Part shown: one piece after another, positions 18,672 to 29,378 of the stretch
Numbering within the stretch: the first letter of the stretch is position 1
How the letters are laid out: each line of letters opens with the position of its first letter
Origin: an uncultured Rhodospirillaceae bacterium
GTDB lineage: Bacteria; Pseudomonadota; Alphaproteobacteria; Rhodospirillales; Casp-alpha2
Direction: 5' to 3'
Length of the DNA stretch: 44,101 nt
NCBI GenBank assembly: GCA_913048145.1
Contig: CAJWVP010000001.1
Span: 1 to 44,101, forward strand
Notes under the pieces: model-generated
What the model saw: only the letters and a program-made list of their open reading frames with translations
The model's database searches: none
Told to the model about the DNA's origin: nothing
Made by a program: the position numbers and the translations under genes

Positions 18672-21600
18672 ATGACACATGCAGATTTCATCCACCTCAG
18701 GGTCCATTCCGCCTATTCTCTGTCCGAAGGCGCGATCCATGTCAAAGATCTCGCCACATTGTGTCGCGAAATGTCTATGCCGGCGGTCGCAGTCACAGAC
18801 ACTAACAATTTGTTCGGCGCGTTGGAGTTCTCCGAGGCTGCTGCGAAGTCCGGTATACAGCCCATCATCGGTTGCCAGTTGCGAGTCCAATCAACCGCGA
18901 ATGGGGCGCCGACCAGCCAACCCGGCGATGGGCCCAAGATCTCTGGTGACATGGTGTTCCTGGCGAAAGACGACGCCGGTTACCGTAATCTTCTCAAGCT
19001 CCTGGCATACGCCTATTTGGAAACCGATGACGCCGACGAGCCGCACATTACCCTCGACGTCATGGCGACCTACGCCGACGGTTTGATCTCTCTAACGGGT
19101 GGGGCCCTTGGGCCGCTGGGCAAGATCCTGGCCGCGGGTCAGATGCCCTTGGCGGAGAGCTTTCTGGATTCCCTGCAAGCGGCCTTTGGCGACCGGCTCT
19201 ATATCGAGGTTCAGCGCCACGGTACGCTTGAGGAACGGGCCACGGAAGAGATGTTTTTAGAGCTGGCCTACGCCCGCGACATTCCGCTGGTCGCCACCAA
19301 TGAGGCCTATTTCTCCGAGCGGGATATGTACGAGGCCCATGATGCTCTCTTGTGTATAGCAGACGGTGCTTATGTTTCTCAACGGGACCGGCTCAACAAG
19401 ACGCCGGAGCACTACCTAAAGACTGCGCAGGAAATGCGCGCTCTGTTTGCCGACTTGCCGGAAGCCGTGGATAACACGCTTGTCATTGCGCAACGTTGCG
19501 CCTTCATGGTCGAACACATCGATCCGATCCTGCCGCCCTACAATTGTGGCGAAGGGCGGACCGAAGAGGATGAACTGCGGGCGCAATCTGTTGAAGGCCT
19601 GAACGAACGCCTGGAACAACACGTCTATCAGGAAGGCATGGATGAGGCCGCGCGAACGAAAGCAGCAGTTCCCTACCGTGAGCGGCTGAATTACGAACTC
19701 GGTGTCATCAACCAGATGGGATTTCCAGGATACTTTCTGATCGTCGCGGATTTCATCCAGTGGGCAAAGGATCGCAACATCCCTGTAGGACCAGGCCGCG
19801 GGTCGGGCGCCGGGTCGGTGGTGGCTTGGGGATTGAAAATCACCGATCTAGACCCCTTGCGGTTCGGGCTTCTGTTTGAGCGCTTCTTGAACCCGGAACG
19901 TGTGTCCATGCCGGACTTCGACGTGGACTTCTGCCAGGACCGCCGCGATGAGGTGATCCGCTATGTACAAGAGAAATACGGTCGTGATCACGTCGCCCAG
20001 ATCATCACCTTTGGTAAGCTGCAGGCCCGCGCGGTGCTGCGAGATGTCGGGCGGGTCCTTGAAATGCCTTACGGGTATATCGACAAGATCTGCAAAATGG
20101 TGCCGAACAATCCGGCCAATCCGGTCAGCCTGCCGGAAGCCATCGCGAGTGAACCGCAACTTCGCGAACTAATCAATGAAGACCCGGACGTGCGCCGCCT
20201 CACGGACATGGCGAAGAAACTGGAAGGTCTGTACCGGCATGCGTCCACCCACGCCGCTGGCGTTGTCATCGGCGACCGGCCGCTGGATAAGTTGATCCCG
20301 CTCTATCGGGATCCACGCTCCGACATGCCGGTCACTGGGTTTAACATGAAGTCCGTGGAATCCGCCGGCTTGGTGAAATTTGACTTCCTGGGCTTGAAAA
20401 CGCTTACCGTCCTTGTGACAGCGGAGAAGCTGGTGCGCGAGAAGGGGGGCAACATTGACCTCGCCATGCTGCCCTTGGACAACCAGGCGACCTTCGACAT
20501 GATCAGCCGCGGCGAAACGGCCGGCGTGTTCCAGTTGGAAAGCTCTGGCATGGTCGATGTCCTTAAGGGTATGCAGCCCGACACCTTTGAGGACATCATC
20601 GCTGTCGTGGCGCTTTATCGTCCCGGTCCCATGGACAACATCCCAAGCTACATCCGCCGCAAGCACGGTAAGGAGAAGATCGACTACCTCTATCCGAACC
20701 TGGAGCCGATCCTGAAGGAGACCTTTGGGATCATGATCTATCAGGAACAGGTGATGCAGATCGCCCAGGAACTGTCGGGTTATACGCTGGGCGGCGCAGA
20801 CCTCTTACGCCGCGCCATGGGTAAAAAAATCCAGGCAGAGATGGACCAGCAGCGCCAGATCTTCATCAAAGGCGCGGTGGAGAAGGGGGTGCCAGAGAAA
20901 AAGGCCTCCGACATTTTCGACCAGGTTAACAAATTCGCCGGCTATGGCTTCAACAAGTCCCACGCCGCCGCCTACGCCCTGGTGGCCTATCAGACTGCCT
21001 ATATGAAGGCCAACCACCCGGTGGAGTTCATGGCCGCGTCCATGACCTTGGACATCAACAACACGGAGAAGCTCAATTTCTTCCGCCAGGAACTACAACG
21101 ATTGAAAATCCCGGTATTACCGCCGGACGTCAATGCCTCTGACGCGGTGTTCACCTTGGAAAGCAAAGGAGAGGAGCCGGCCATCCGGTACGCCCTGGCA
21201 GCCGTCAAAAACGTGGGCGGCGTAGCCATGGCGACCATGGTTGCAGAGCGTGAAGCGAACGGGCCATATGCCGATCTTTCCGATTTTTTTAGCCGCCTTG
21301 ATACCCATAGTGTCAACAGGCGTCAGCTTGAGAACCTAACCCGCGCCGGTGGCTTGGATTGCCTGGACCGAAACCGCCAAAAGGTGTTTAAGGGCATCGA
21401 AACACTCATGCGCCATGCCGTGGCCGCCCAGAACGATCGTGACAGCAATCAAATTGGGTTGTTTGCCGATGGCCCGGAAACCACTATGGCCGTCAACATC
21501 CCCGATATGCCCGATTGGCCGATCATGGAGCGCCTCAATGAAGAATTTGAGGCGCTCGGATGCTATCTGTCTGGGCATCCGCTCGACACCTACAGCAGCC

Positions 21601-22151
21601 ACCTCAAGCAGTTGGGTGTGGAAACGATTGTGCAGGCCATGACGCGCAAGGAAGCCGCTCCGGTCAACCTCGCCGGCACGGTGGTCGCCAAGAAGGAGCG
21701 CACTTCGGCCAAGGGCAACCGGTACGCCTTTGTCGGCCTGTCGGATTCCTCGGGCGCCTTTGAGGTAACCGTCTTCTCCGAGGCTTTGGCGGCAGCGCGG
21801 GAGTTTTTGGAAGTCGGCCGATCCGTGTTCATTAAAGCCACCGTGCAACCAGACGACGGAGGTGTCCGTTTCCTGGCCAATGAGTTCCTGCCGTTGGAGG
21901 CTGCGGCGGCTCGCGCGGTGGAACATCTAAGGATTTGCATTGCCTCTGACGACGCCGTCCCCGCCATTCGGGATATTCTGGCTGCGGAAAAGATCGGTCA
22001 TGGTCGGGTCAGGATCCACGCGCAGCCCACAGATTGCCATTGGGAAGCAGATCTGGAGTTGGATCAGGGCTTCAATCTATCGCCCGATGCGCACCTGGCT
22101 TTGCGCAACCTGCCAGACGTTATCCGTGTCGAGACCTTCGACATGCGATAA
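18672..22151 (+). CDS. dnaE: DNA polymerase III alpha subunit
   Basis: 1159 aa with an N-terminal PHP domain ([16 protein letters not shown]), polymerase core motifs ([19 protein letters not shown]) and a C-terminal OB fold. The ATG at 18672 gives the canonical N-terminus. Confidence 0.95.
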   Translation: MTHADFIHLRVHSAYSLSEGAIHVKDLATLCREMSMPAVAVTDTNNLFGALEFSEAAAKSGIQPIIGCQLRVQSTANGAPTSQPGDGPKISGDMVFLAKDDAGYRNLLKLLAYAYLETDDADEPHITLDVMATYADGLISLTGGALGPLGKILAAGQMPLAESFLDSLQAAFGDRLYIEVQRHGTLEERATEEMFLELAYARDIPLVATNEAYFSERDMYEAHDALLCIADGAYVSQRDRLNKTPEHYLKTAQEMRALFADLPEAVDNTLVIAQRCAFMVEHIDPILPPYNCGEGRTEEDELRAQSVEGLNERLEQHVYQEGMDEAARTKAAVPYRERLNYELGVINQMGFPGYFLIVADFIQWAKDRNIPVGPGRGSGAGSVVAWGLKITDLDPLRFGLLFERFLNPERVSMPDFDVDFCQDRRDEVIRYVQEKYGRDHVAQIITFGKLQARAVLRDVGRVLEMPYGYIDKICKMVPNNPANPVSLPEAIASEPQLRELINEDPDVRRLTDMAKKLEGLYRHASTHAAGVVIGDRPLDKLIPLYRDPRSDMPVTGFNMKSVESAGLVKFDFLGLKTLTVLVTAEKLVREKGGNIDLAMLPLDNQATFDMISRGETAGVFQLESSGMVDVLKGMQPDTFEDIIAVVALYRPGPMDNIPSYIRRKHGKEKIDYLYPNLEPILKETFGIMIYQEQVMQIAQELSGYTLGGADLLRRAMGKKIQAEMDQQRQIFIKGAVEKGVPEKKASDIFDQVNKFAGYGFNKSHAAAYALVAYQTAYMKANHPVEFMAASMTLDINNTEKLNFFRQELQRLKIPVLPPDVNASDAVFTLESKGEEPAIRYALAAVKNVGGVAMATMVAEREANGPYADLSDFFSRLDTHSVNRRQLENLTRAGGLDCLDRNRQKVFKGIETLMRHAVAAQNDRDSNQIGLFADGPETTMAVNIPDMPDWPIMERLNEEFEALGCYLSGHPLDTYSSHLKQLGVETIVQAMTRKEAAPVNLAGTVVAKKERTSAKGNRYAFVGLSDSSGAFEVTVFSEALAAAREFLEVGRSVFIKATVQPDDGGVRFLANEFLPLEAAAARAVEHLRICIASDDAVPAIRDILAAEKIGHGRVRIHAQPTDCHWEADLELDQGFNLSPDAHLALRNLPDVIRVETFDMR

Positions 22152-22321
22152 CTGTCGAAAATCGGTTCTGTTCTCCTTGCATTGACGGCAGCAAACGCGT
22201 ACTTAACGCTAGATTTCACACGTGGGCTTGCGGCCCCGGCGCAAATTCGCCGAAGGTCGCTCCGGTGTTCGGACTATACGGACAATGCCTGCGGAGGTTT
22301 AACCGGAAAAGGACCAGGACC

Positions 22322-23170
22322 ATGGCACTTCCCGAATTCTCCATGCGCCAGCTGCTAGAAGCCGGCGTTCACTTTGGCCATAACACTCGTCGCTGGAACC
22401 CGAAGATGGAACAGTACATCTTTGGGGTCCGTAACGGCATTCACATAATCGACCTGCAGCAAACCGCGCCTATGTTGCACCGAGCCATGACGGCCATTCG
22501 CGACACTGTCAAGGGCGGCGGCCGAGTACTGTTCGTCGGCACCAAGCGCCAAGCGGCGACGCAGATCTCTGAAGCGGCGTCTCGATGCGGCCAGTACTAC
22601 GTCAATCACCGCTGGCTGGGCGGCATGATGACTAACTGGAAAACTATCTCTAATTCGATCAAACGCCTGCGCACCCTGGACGATCAACTCGCCGGCGAGA
22701 CGGAAGGCCTTACGAAGAAGGAGACCCTTGGCCTGACCCGCGAGCGCGATAAATTAGACCGCGCGCTGGGTGGCATCAAGGAAATGGGGGGCCTACCAGA
22801 TATCTTGTTCGTCATTGATACCAATAAAGAATCTATCGCCATCGCGGAAGCCAACAAACTGGGCATTCCGGTCATTGGCGTGATTGACTCCAACTCTAGT
22901 CCCGAGGGCATTGATTTTCCGATCCCTGGGAACGACGACGCCATTCGCGCCATCAGCCTCTATTGCGACCTGATTGTCGGATGCGTGTTCGACGGCCTGC
23001 AGGCGGAGATCACAACGACCGGTGGCGATATCGGCGAGGCAGAGGAAGTGCCGCAGGAGGACCTACCCGAGGCGAGCACTGAAACGGAAACGCCGGCGAC
23101 CGAAGAAACGCCAGCGGCGGCCAAATCGGCAACTTCGACTGAGGACGCCGAGAAGGCGCCGGCCGAATAA
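22322..23170 (+). CDS. rpsB: 30S ribosomal protein S2 (with an acidic, low-complexity C-terminal tail)
   Basis: Starts [29 protein letters not shown]. The ORF-track extension back to 22034 overlaps dnaE and is not S2-like. Confidence 0.95.
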   Translation: MALPEFSMRQLLEAGVHFGHNTRRWNPKMEQYIFGVRNGIHIIDLQQTAPMLHRAMTAIRDTVKGGGRVLFVGTKRQAATQISEAASRCGQYYVNHRWLGGMMTNWKTISNSIKRLRTLDDQLAGETEGLTKKETLGLTRERDKLDRALGGIKEMGGLPDILFVIDTNKESIAIAEANKLGIPVIGVIDSNSSPEGIDFPIPGNDDAIRAISLYCDLIVGCVFDGLQAEITTTGGDIGEAEEVPQEDLPEASTETETPATEETPAAAKSATSTEDAEKAPAE

Positions 23171-23218
23171 TTTCGTCGAACAGACACGAACAATCATTTG
23201 AATGATCGAGGATTAGGA

Positions 23219-24145
23219 ATGGCACAAATTACAGCCGCTCTCGTCAAGGAACTGCGTGAGAAAACCGGTGCTGGAATGATGGATTGCAAGAAAGCACTGA
23301 CAGAGACGGATGCCAATCTCGAGGCCGCAGTCGACTGGCTAAGGACCAAAGGACTTGCCGCCGCTGCAAAGAAGGCTGGCCGGGCCGCCTCCGAGGGCTT
23401 GGTCGGCGTTGCCATCGACGGCAATAATGGCGCCCTGGTGGAAATCAATGCGGAAACAGACTTTGTCGCGCGCAATGAAACTTTCCAGGAATTTGTCGGA
23501 AAGGTCGCCCAAGTGGCCCTTGGCTCCGGCGGCGACTTGGATGCCCTCAATGCCGCGGATATTCCCGGCTGTGAGCGCAATGTTGGCGATGAATTAAACC
23601 ACCTGATTGCCACCATCGGCGAAAACATGACCTTGCGCCGCGCCGCCAACGTGTTCGTGTCAAACGGCGCCCTGGCCAGCTATGTTCACAGCGCTATCGC
23701 GCCGGGCATGGGTAAAATTGGCGTCCTGGTCGGTCTGGAGTCCGATTCGGATGCTGATAAGCTTGCCGAATTAGGCAAACAGATAGCCATGCACATCGCC
23801 GCCGCCAAGCCACTGTCTGTGTCCCAGGACGACCTGGATCAGGCCGAAGTGGAACGGGAGAGGGCAGTGTTATCCGAGCAGGCCCGAGAATCTGGAAAGC
23901 CAGAAGAGATTATTGAAAAGATGGTTATCGGTCGGTTGCGCAAATTCTATGAGGAAGTCTGTTTGTTGGACCAGACGTTTGTGATCGACGGGGAAACCAA
24001 GATCTCCGATGTCCTCGCCAATGCCACAAAAGAGCTCGGCGCGCCCGTGTCCGTGGCTGGCTTTGCCCTGATGGTGCTGGGTGAAGGCATAGAGAAGAGG
24101 GAAGAAGACTTCGCTGCCGAGGTTGCGGCTGCCGCCGGGGGCTGA
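23219..24145 (+). CDS. tsf: translation elongation factor Ts
   Basis: Starts [27 protein letters not shown]. It lies downstream of rpsB and has an AGGA Shine-Dalgarno upstream. Confidence 0.95.
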   Translation: MAQITAALVKELREKTGAGMMDCKKALTETDANLEAAVDWLRTKGLAAAAKKAGRAASEGLVGVAIDGNNGALVEINAETDFVARNETFQEFVGKVAQVALGSGGDLDALNAADIPGCERNVGDELNHLIATIGENMTLRRAANVFVSNGALASYVHSAIAPGMGKIGVLVGLESDSDADKLAELGKQIAMHIAAAKPLSVSQDDLDQAEVERERAVLSEQARESGKPEEIIEKMVIGRLRKFYEEVCLLDQTFVIDGETKISDVLANATKELGAPVSVAGFALMVLGEGIEKREEDFAAEVAAAAGG

Positions 24146-24246
24146 TCTTCAAGAACATGCCGACATCAGTTGGTTGGTTGGTCGCCACACGTAATGTGCT
24201 ATGCGGCTGCCGGGGTCCGGCATGTATAGGAGATGAAAGAACCGAT

Positions 24247-24966
24247 ATGGCAGTGAATTTAAAATACCGGCGCATCCTTTTGAAGCTCTCTGGTGAAGGG
24301 CTGATGGGGCCCAAAGAATCCGGCCTCGACCCGAACACCGTGGATCGTATCTGCACGGAAATTGCGGACGTCCACGCCCTTGGCGCCCAGGTATGCCTGG
24401 TCATCGGAGCGGGAAACATATTCCGCGGTATGGCCGGTACGGCGATCGGCATCGAGCGGACCAGCGCCGACTACATGGGCATGTTGGCAACCGTCATGAA
24501 CGCTCTTGCCGTACAAAGCGTGCTAGAGGGCAAAGCGGTTCCCTCGCGCGTACAATCCGCCATTCCCATGGCGACCGTCTGCGAACCCTATATTCGCCGA
24601 CGCGCCATGCGCCACATGGAGAAAGGGCGAGTTGTGATCTTTGCCGCCGGGACCGGCAATCCATTTTTCACTACCGACACGGCCGCAGCGCTTCGCGCCG
24701 TGGAAATGGATTGCGACGCGCTCTTGAAGGGAACACAAGTCGACGGCGTTTACGACGTGGACCCTAAGATCACAGAAAGTGCCCATCGCTTTGACCGGTT
24801 GAGTTATAATGACGTGATTACAAGAGACCTCCGCGTCATGGATACGTCGGCGATTGCCCTGGCTCGCGAGAACAGAGTTCCAATTCTCGTCTTTTCAATC
24901 CACAATCCGGGCGTTCTGAGCGAGGTTGTACATGGCCAGGGCACGTATACACTAATCGAGGATTGA
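24247..24966 (+). CDS. pyrH: UMP kinase
   Basis: [21 protein letters not shown] and [20 protein letters not shown] motifs are present. The ATG at 24247 follows a GGAGATGA Shine-Dalgarno region. Confidence 0.95.
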   Translation: MAVNLKYRRILLKLSGEGLMGPKESGLDPNTVDRICTEIADVHALGAQVCLVIGAGNIFRGMAGTAIGIERTSADYMGMLATVMNALAVQSVLEGKAVPSRVQSAIPMATVCEPYIRRRAMRHMEKGRVVIFAAGTGNPFFTTDTAAALRAVEMDCDALLKGTQVDGVYDVDPKITESAHRFDRLSYNDVITRDLRVMDTSAIALARENRVPILVFSIHNPGVLSEVVHGQGTYTLIED

Positions 24967-24993
24967 ACGTAGGTACGCGCATAGGAGGCCAAA

Positions 24994-25563
24994 GTGACTT
25001 TCGAAGACATCAATGCCGCGAAAAAAGACATCCGCCGCCGCATGGAGGGTGCCACCGAGGTCCTGCATCAAGAATTCGGCGGACTTCGAACGGGACGCGC
25101 CGCAACAAGCTTACTGGAGCCCATCGTCGTCCAAGCGTATGGCTCTGAAATGCCCATTAACCAGGTGGGCACGGTCAGCGCGCCGGAACCGCGGTTGTTA
25201 ACCGTCCAAGTTTGGGACAAATCCCTGGTTCAGTTCGTTGAGAAGGCCATTTTGGAATCTGGCTTAGGCCTGAATCCGGCCACCGAAGGACAGGTTGTCC
25301 GGGTTCCCATTCCCATACTCACCGAGGAACGTCGCACGGAGTTTGCGAAAGTGGCAGGAAAGTACGCTGAAGAAGCGCGAATTGCGATCCGTAATGTACG
25401 TCGTCACGCCATGGACGACCTGAAGAAGGCCGAGAAGGATGGCGACATTTCGCAGGACGCGCTTCACGAATACAATAAGGAAGTTCAAGATCTCACTGAT
25501 GAATTCATCGGAAAGATCGACGAATCCTTAGCCAAAAAAGAAGAAGAAATCATGCAGGTTTGA
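24994..25563 (+). CDS. frr: ribosome recycling factor
   Basis: 189 aa; [10 protein letters not shown] and [11 protein letters not shown] are typical of Frr. GTG start with an AGGAGG Shine-Dalgarno upstream. Confidence 0.95.
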   Translation: MTFEDINAAKKDIRRRMEGATEVLHQEFGGLRTGRAATSLLEPIVVQAYGSEMPINQVGTVSAPEPRLLTVQVWDKSLVQFVEKAILESGLGLNPATEGQVVRVPIPILTEERRTEFAKVAGKYAEEARIAIRNVRRHAMDDLKKAEKDGDISQDALHEYNKEVQDLTDEFIGKIDESLAKKEEEIMQV

Positions 25564-26306
25564 TGTCGATGACAGCGGCACCACTCACCGGCGATAGCGG
25601 CGCGGTACCGCCGCAGCACATCGCTATCATCATGGACGGCAATGGCCGATGGGCGCAGGCCAAAGGCCTGACCCGGACCGCTGGCCACAAGCGTGGCGCG
25701 GAAGCCGTTCACCGCGCCGTCGAAGGTGCTGTGGAAGAGGGCATTCGTTACCTCACACTTTTTGGATTTTCCTCGGAGAACTGGAAGCGTCCAGCGCAAG
25801 AAGTCCGCGATCTGATGGGGTTATTGCGGTTCTATCTCAAGAGCGAAATCAAAAAACTGAACAATGAGGGCATCCGTCTTCGCATTATTGGTGATCGTCA
25901 CCGCCTGGAACCCGATATCGTTACGTTGATCACCGAAGCGGAGGAAAGAACGGCCGACAATCTACGCCTCGATCTCACCATCGCGTTGAGCTATGGAAGC
26001 CGCGCCGAAATCGTTTTGGCCTCCCAGAAGATCGCAGAACAAGTTGCTGCCGGCAACATCACTCCCGGTGATGTATCGGAAGAGTTAATCAGTTCCCATC
26101 TTTACACGCGCGACATTCCGGATCCCGACTTGCTTATTCGCACGAGCGGTGAACACCGCATCAGCAACTTCCTCCTTTGGCAGTTGGCGTATACGGAGCT
26201 CGTGTTTATTGACAAGCGCTGGCCCGACTTCAACAAGGAGGATTTTCGGATCGCCATCTCCGAGTTCCAATCTCGGGAGCGCCGCTTTGGCACTTCAGGA
26301 GTCTAA
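25563..26306 (+). CDS. uppS: undecaprenyl (isoprenyl) diphosphate synthase
   Basis: HIAIIMDGNGRWA, LTLFGFSSENWKRP, RTSGEHRISNFLLWQLAYTE and the C-terminal RERRFG are present. The ATG overlaps the frr TGA by 1 nt. Confidence 0.9.
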   Translation: MSMTAAPLTGDSGAVPPQHIAIIMDGNGRWAQAKGLTRTAGHKRGAEAVHRAVEGAVEEGIRYLTLFGFSSENWKRPAQEVRDLMGLLRFYLKSEIKKLNNEGIRLRIIGDRHRLEPDIVTLITEAEERTADNLRLDLTIALSYGSRAEIVLASQKIAEQVAAGNITPGDVSEELISSHLYTRDIPDPDLLIRTSGEHRISNFLLWQLAYTELVFIDKRWPDFNKEDFRIAISEFQSRERRFGTSGV

Positions 26307-26967
26307 GTCGCCGGCCGCTGAGCTCTTGCGTCGGATTCTTTCGGCGGTGGTGATGATACCGCTGGTGATCACTCTGATTTACTTGGGCGGATTTTATTTT
26401 CAAATCTTTATGGCCATTGCGGCCACGATCCTCATTGCCGAAATCTTCTTCGCGACGAACAAGAACCTCGTCTGGACTGGCGTTAGCGCGACCTACATCG
26501 CTGTTGCATCTTATGCCCTGATCGTGCTCCGTGGTGATCCCGATATTGGATTTACCACCGTATGCTGGCTGTTCGTATTGGTGTGGTTCGCCGATACGGG
26601 CGCCTATATCACGGGCCGCGCGCTTGGCGGCCCGAAATTCGCGCCGCGACTCAGCCCAAAGAAGACCTGGTCCGGCTTTTTCGGCGCGGTTGCCTTCGCC
26701 GCTCTGGTTGGTATGGCCACGGGACACCTACTGAATTCAGAGGTGCTTTGGCGCATCGCCATACTGTCCGGCATGCTGGGCGGCCTGTCCCAGTTCGGCG
26801 ATTTACTTGAATCTTGGTTAAAAAGACGATTCGATAGAAAAGATATGAGCAATCTAATACCCGGTCACGGCGGTTTGGCGGATCGTGTCGATGGCTTGGT
26901 CGCAGCGGCAATCGGCGCTTGGGTTATTAATGAAATGACGGCGGAGTCCTTACTGAAATGGCTGTAA
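26287..26967 (+). CDS. cdsA: phosphatidate cytidylyltransferase (short form; start uncertain)
   Basis: The CTP-transferase signature SxxKRxxxxKDxxxxxPGHGGxxDRxD is present (SWLKRRFDRKDMSNLIPGHGGLADRVD). No ATG is available after the uppS stop. The best candidate start is TTG at 26287, preceded by GGGAG; alternatives are TTG 26326 and GTG 26347 or 26350. Confidence 0.8.
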   Translation: MALQESKSPAAELLRRILSAVVMIPLVITLIYLGGFYFQIFMAIAATILIAEIFFATNKNLVWTGVSATYIAVASYALIVLRGDPDIGFTTVCWLFVLVWFADTGAYITGRALGGPKFAPRLSPKKTWSGFFGAVAFAALVGMATGHLLNSEVLWRIAILSGMLGGLSQFGDLLESWLKRRFDRKDMSNLIPGHGGLADRVDGLVAAAIGAWVINEMTAESLLKWL

Positions 26968-28151
26968 ACTTGCCAAAGACCAATGCACTTGGCTCCTCGA
27001 AGCGGATCACCGTCCTGGGCTCAACCGGTTCCGTGGGGACCAGTACGCTGGACCTGGTGGCGCGGAACCGAGAGAAGTTCACCGTCGAGGCCCTCACCGC
27101 GAACCAAAACGTCGAGGCGTTAGCAAGCCAAGCCCGAGAATTTGACGCCAAACTAGCCGTGATCGCTGATGAAGATCGTTATGAAGACCTCAAATCGGCA
27201 CTCTCCGGTACGTCGATCGCGTGCGCTGCCGGACCGGAAGCACTAAAGGAAGCTGCGGCGCGGCCATCGGAGTTGGTAATGGCCGCCATCGTTGGCGCCG
27301 CCGGACTGGCACCAACTCTGGAAGCGGTCCGACGCGGCACCACCGTCGCGCTGGCGAACAAAGAATGCCTTGTATCCGCTGGGGATATCTTCACCCAGGC
27401 GGTCACGGATCATGGCGCGATATTGCTGCCTGTGGATTCCGAGCATAGCGCCATTTACCAAGTCTTTGATTTCGATCAGGTGGACCATGTTGCGCGAATC
27501 ATCCTGACCGCATCGGGTGGTCCTTTCCGGACCCGCGAGATTGCCGATATGCGGAATGTGACACCGGCGGAAGCCGTTGCGCACCCGAATTGGAATATGG
27601 GCGCCAAGATTTCCGTGGATTCGGCAACGATGATGAATAAGGGCCTCGAACTGATCGAGGTCTTTCATCTGTTCCCGGTGGACAAGTCGGCGATTGATAT
27701 TCTTGTGCATCCACAATCCGTTATCCATAGCCTTGTCGAGTATGTGGATGGATCCGTCCTGGCCCAGATGGGAACACCCGACATGCGGACACCCATCGCT
27801 TACGCAATGGCATGGCCCCAGCGCATGCAAGCGCCGTCACCACGGCTGGACCTACATGAGGTTGGTAAACTGACCTTTGAAGACCCGGACCCTTTACGTT
27901 TCCCAGCACTAAGGTTAGCGCGCGAGGCCCTAGATGCGGGCGGTGCCGCACCAACCATACTAAACGCCGCCAACGAGGTTGCGGTCCGCCGTTTCCTCGA
28001 CGGCGAGATCGGGTTTCTGGATATTTCAGCCGTTGTAGAGAAAACGCTTGAGAATGTGGCGAATTCGGCGATCAATTCGCTGGCTGACATTGTGTCCATT
28101 GACGAAATGGCCCGGCGATCGGCAGAGAGTGACATAATTCGGACAAATTAG
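26958..28151 (+). CDS. dxr: 1-deoxy-D-xylulose 5-phosphate reductoisomerase
   Basis: The NADPH-binding motif VLGSTGSVG is present, along with LANKECLV, DSEHSAI, SGGPFR and NKGLELIE motifs. Confidence 0.95.
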   Translation: MAVNLPKTNALGSSKRITVLGSTGSVGTSTLDLVARNREKFTVEALTANQNVEALASQAREFDAKLAVIADEDRYEDLKSALSGTSIACAAGPEALKEAAARPSELVMAAIVGAAGLAPTLEAVRRGTTVALANKECLVSAGDIFTQAVTDHGAILLPVDSEHSAIYQVFDFDQVDHVARIILTASGGPFRTREIADMRNVTPAEAVAHPNWNMGAKISVDSATMMNKGLELIEVFHLFPVDKSAIDILVHPQSVIHSLVEYVDGSVLAQMGTPDMRTPIAYAMAWPQRMQAPSPRLDLHEVGKLTFEDPDPLRFPALRLAREALDAGGAAPTILNAANEVAVRRFLDGEIGFLDISAVVEKTLENVANSAINSLADIVSIDEMARRSAESDIIRTN

Positions 28152-28199
28152 GCGGGTGGGATACGTCCGCAAACCGACCAATCAAAAGCAGGCGCAAAC

Positions 28200-29306
28200 A
28201 TGGAATTTATCGACTGGACTTGGAACTACATCATTGTATTCCTTATTGTTTTATCTGCACTGATCTTCGTGCACGAGTGGGGACATTACTGGGTCGCGCG
28301 GCGTAATGGCGTCCGTGTCGAGGTTTTTTCCATCGGTTTCGGACCCGAAGTTTTCGGCAAGACCAATGAAGCCGGCACACGCTGGAAGATCGGCCTCATT
28401 CCTCTTGGCGGCTACGTCAAGATGTTCGGTGAGGACGACAATCGCGAGGGCGATGACGACGAACTGGTCGAGCTGACCGACGAAGAGAAGGCCGTCTCTT
28501 TTCATCACAAGTCCCTAGGTCAACGCGCGGCTATCGTCGCCGCCGGACCGATCGTCAATTTCCTGTTCGCGATTATCGCCTTCGCGGGCCTGGCCATTTT
28601 TCAAGGAAATCCGGTACCCTTGTCGGTAGTCGGAGAAGTCATCCCAGGCAGCGCCGCCGCCGAAGCTGAATTTCAGTCCGGCGACGTGATTCTCGCCATC
28701 GACAACCGTGAAGTTAAGACGTTTGACGGCCTCCGGCAGGTGGTGATCGCCAATCCAGACCGCCAACTGGTGTTTGATGTCCAACGGGATGGAAAGATTT
28801 TCAAGATTACAGCGACGCCGAAAGCCGCCGTGGGCCGTGACGGCGAGCCGCAAAATATCGGTCAGCTCGGTGTCCGCCCCCATCTTGAGCATCTGCGATA
28901 TGACCGCGCCGACCCGTTCACCGCCCTTTGGCTGGGAACGGAACGTACATTTGTCCTTACATACCGAATACTTGTCTACATCGGCGAGATGATCAACGGC
29001 CAGCGTAATGCCGATGACCTGGGCGGACCGCTTCGGATTGCGAAGATTTCGGGGGACATGGCACAATTGGGATTGTCCCAAGTTATCCTTCTGATGGCCA
29101 TGCTCTCGGTAAACCTCGGACTCATTAACCTTTTCCCAATACCCATGCTCGATGGTGGTCATCTTGCGTTCTATGCGGTGGAGGCTGTGCGCGGGCGGCC
29201 GCTTGGACCGAAAGCACAAGAATACGGTTTTCGATTCGGCCTGATTCTGGTATTGGTCTTGTTCGTATTTGTGACTTGGAACGATGTCACATTCTTGTTG
29301 GAATGA
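28200..29306 (+). CDS. rseP: RIP zinc metalloprotease RseP (site-2 protease)
   Basis: HEWGHYWVAR (HExxH) lies in the first TM helix, a PDZ-like region sits in the middle, and NLFPIPMLDGGH lies near the C-terminus. Confidence 0.9.
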   Translation: MEFIDWTWNYIIVFLIVLSALIFVHEWGHYWVARRNGVRVEVFSIGFGPEVFGKTNEAGTRWKIGLIPLGGYVKMFGEDDNREGDDDELVELTDEEKAVSFHHKSLGQRAAIVAAGPIVNFLFAIIAFAGLAIFQGNPVPLSVVGEVIPGSAAAEAEFQSGDVILAIDNREVKTFDGLRQVVIANPDRQLVFDVQRDGKIFKITATPKAAVGRDGEPQNIGQLGVRPHLEHLRYDRADPFTALWLGTERTFVLTYRILVYIGEMINGQRNADDLGGPLRIAKISGDMAQLGLSQVILLMAMLSVNLGLINLFPIPMLDGGHLAFYAVEAVRGRPLGPKAQEYGFRFGLILVLVLFVFVTWNDVTFLLE

Positions 29307-29378
29307 CCTCGTTCACCTGAGAATGATCGAATTTATAAAAGAATCATTCATCTAATAATCGATCAACCGGGGGATTAC

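Noticed and set aside
22034-22321. N-terminal extensions offered by the ORF track (rpsB from 22034, dnaE from 18612, nuoJ from 2165, pyrH from 24157, cdsA from 26149, nuoH from 733, moaC from 43270)
   Set aside because: In each case a downstream start reproduces the canonical conserved N-terminus and has a Shine-Dalgarno or a stop/start overlap. The extensions overlap the preceding gene or look non-coding.
24170-24182. (TTGG)3 microsatellite-like run and 7-bp inverted repeat CATGCCG/CGGCATG in the tsf-pyrH spacer
   Set aside because: It is very short, has no T-tract or other functional context, and is compatible with chance.
28515-29219. 234-codon minus-strand ORF antisense to rseP
   Set aside because: Same reasoning. 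It is fully nested antisense to a gene with clear HExxH and LDG motifs, has no start context, and the sequence is low quality.
29321-29349. Inverted repeat GAATGAT-N15-ATCATTC in the AT-rich rseP-bamA spacer
   Set aside because: The stem is 7 bp and AT-rich with a large loop, so it would be thermodynamically weak. There is no T-run, and it could simply be part of a bamA promoter region.
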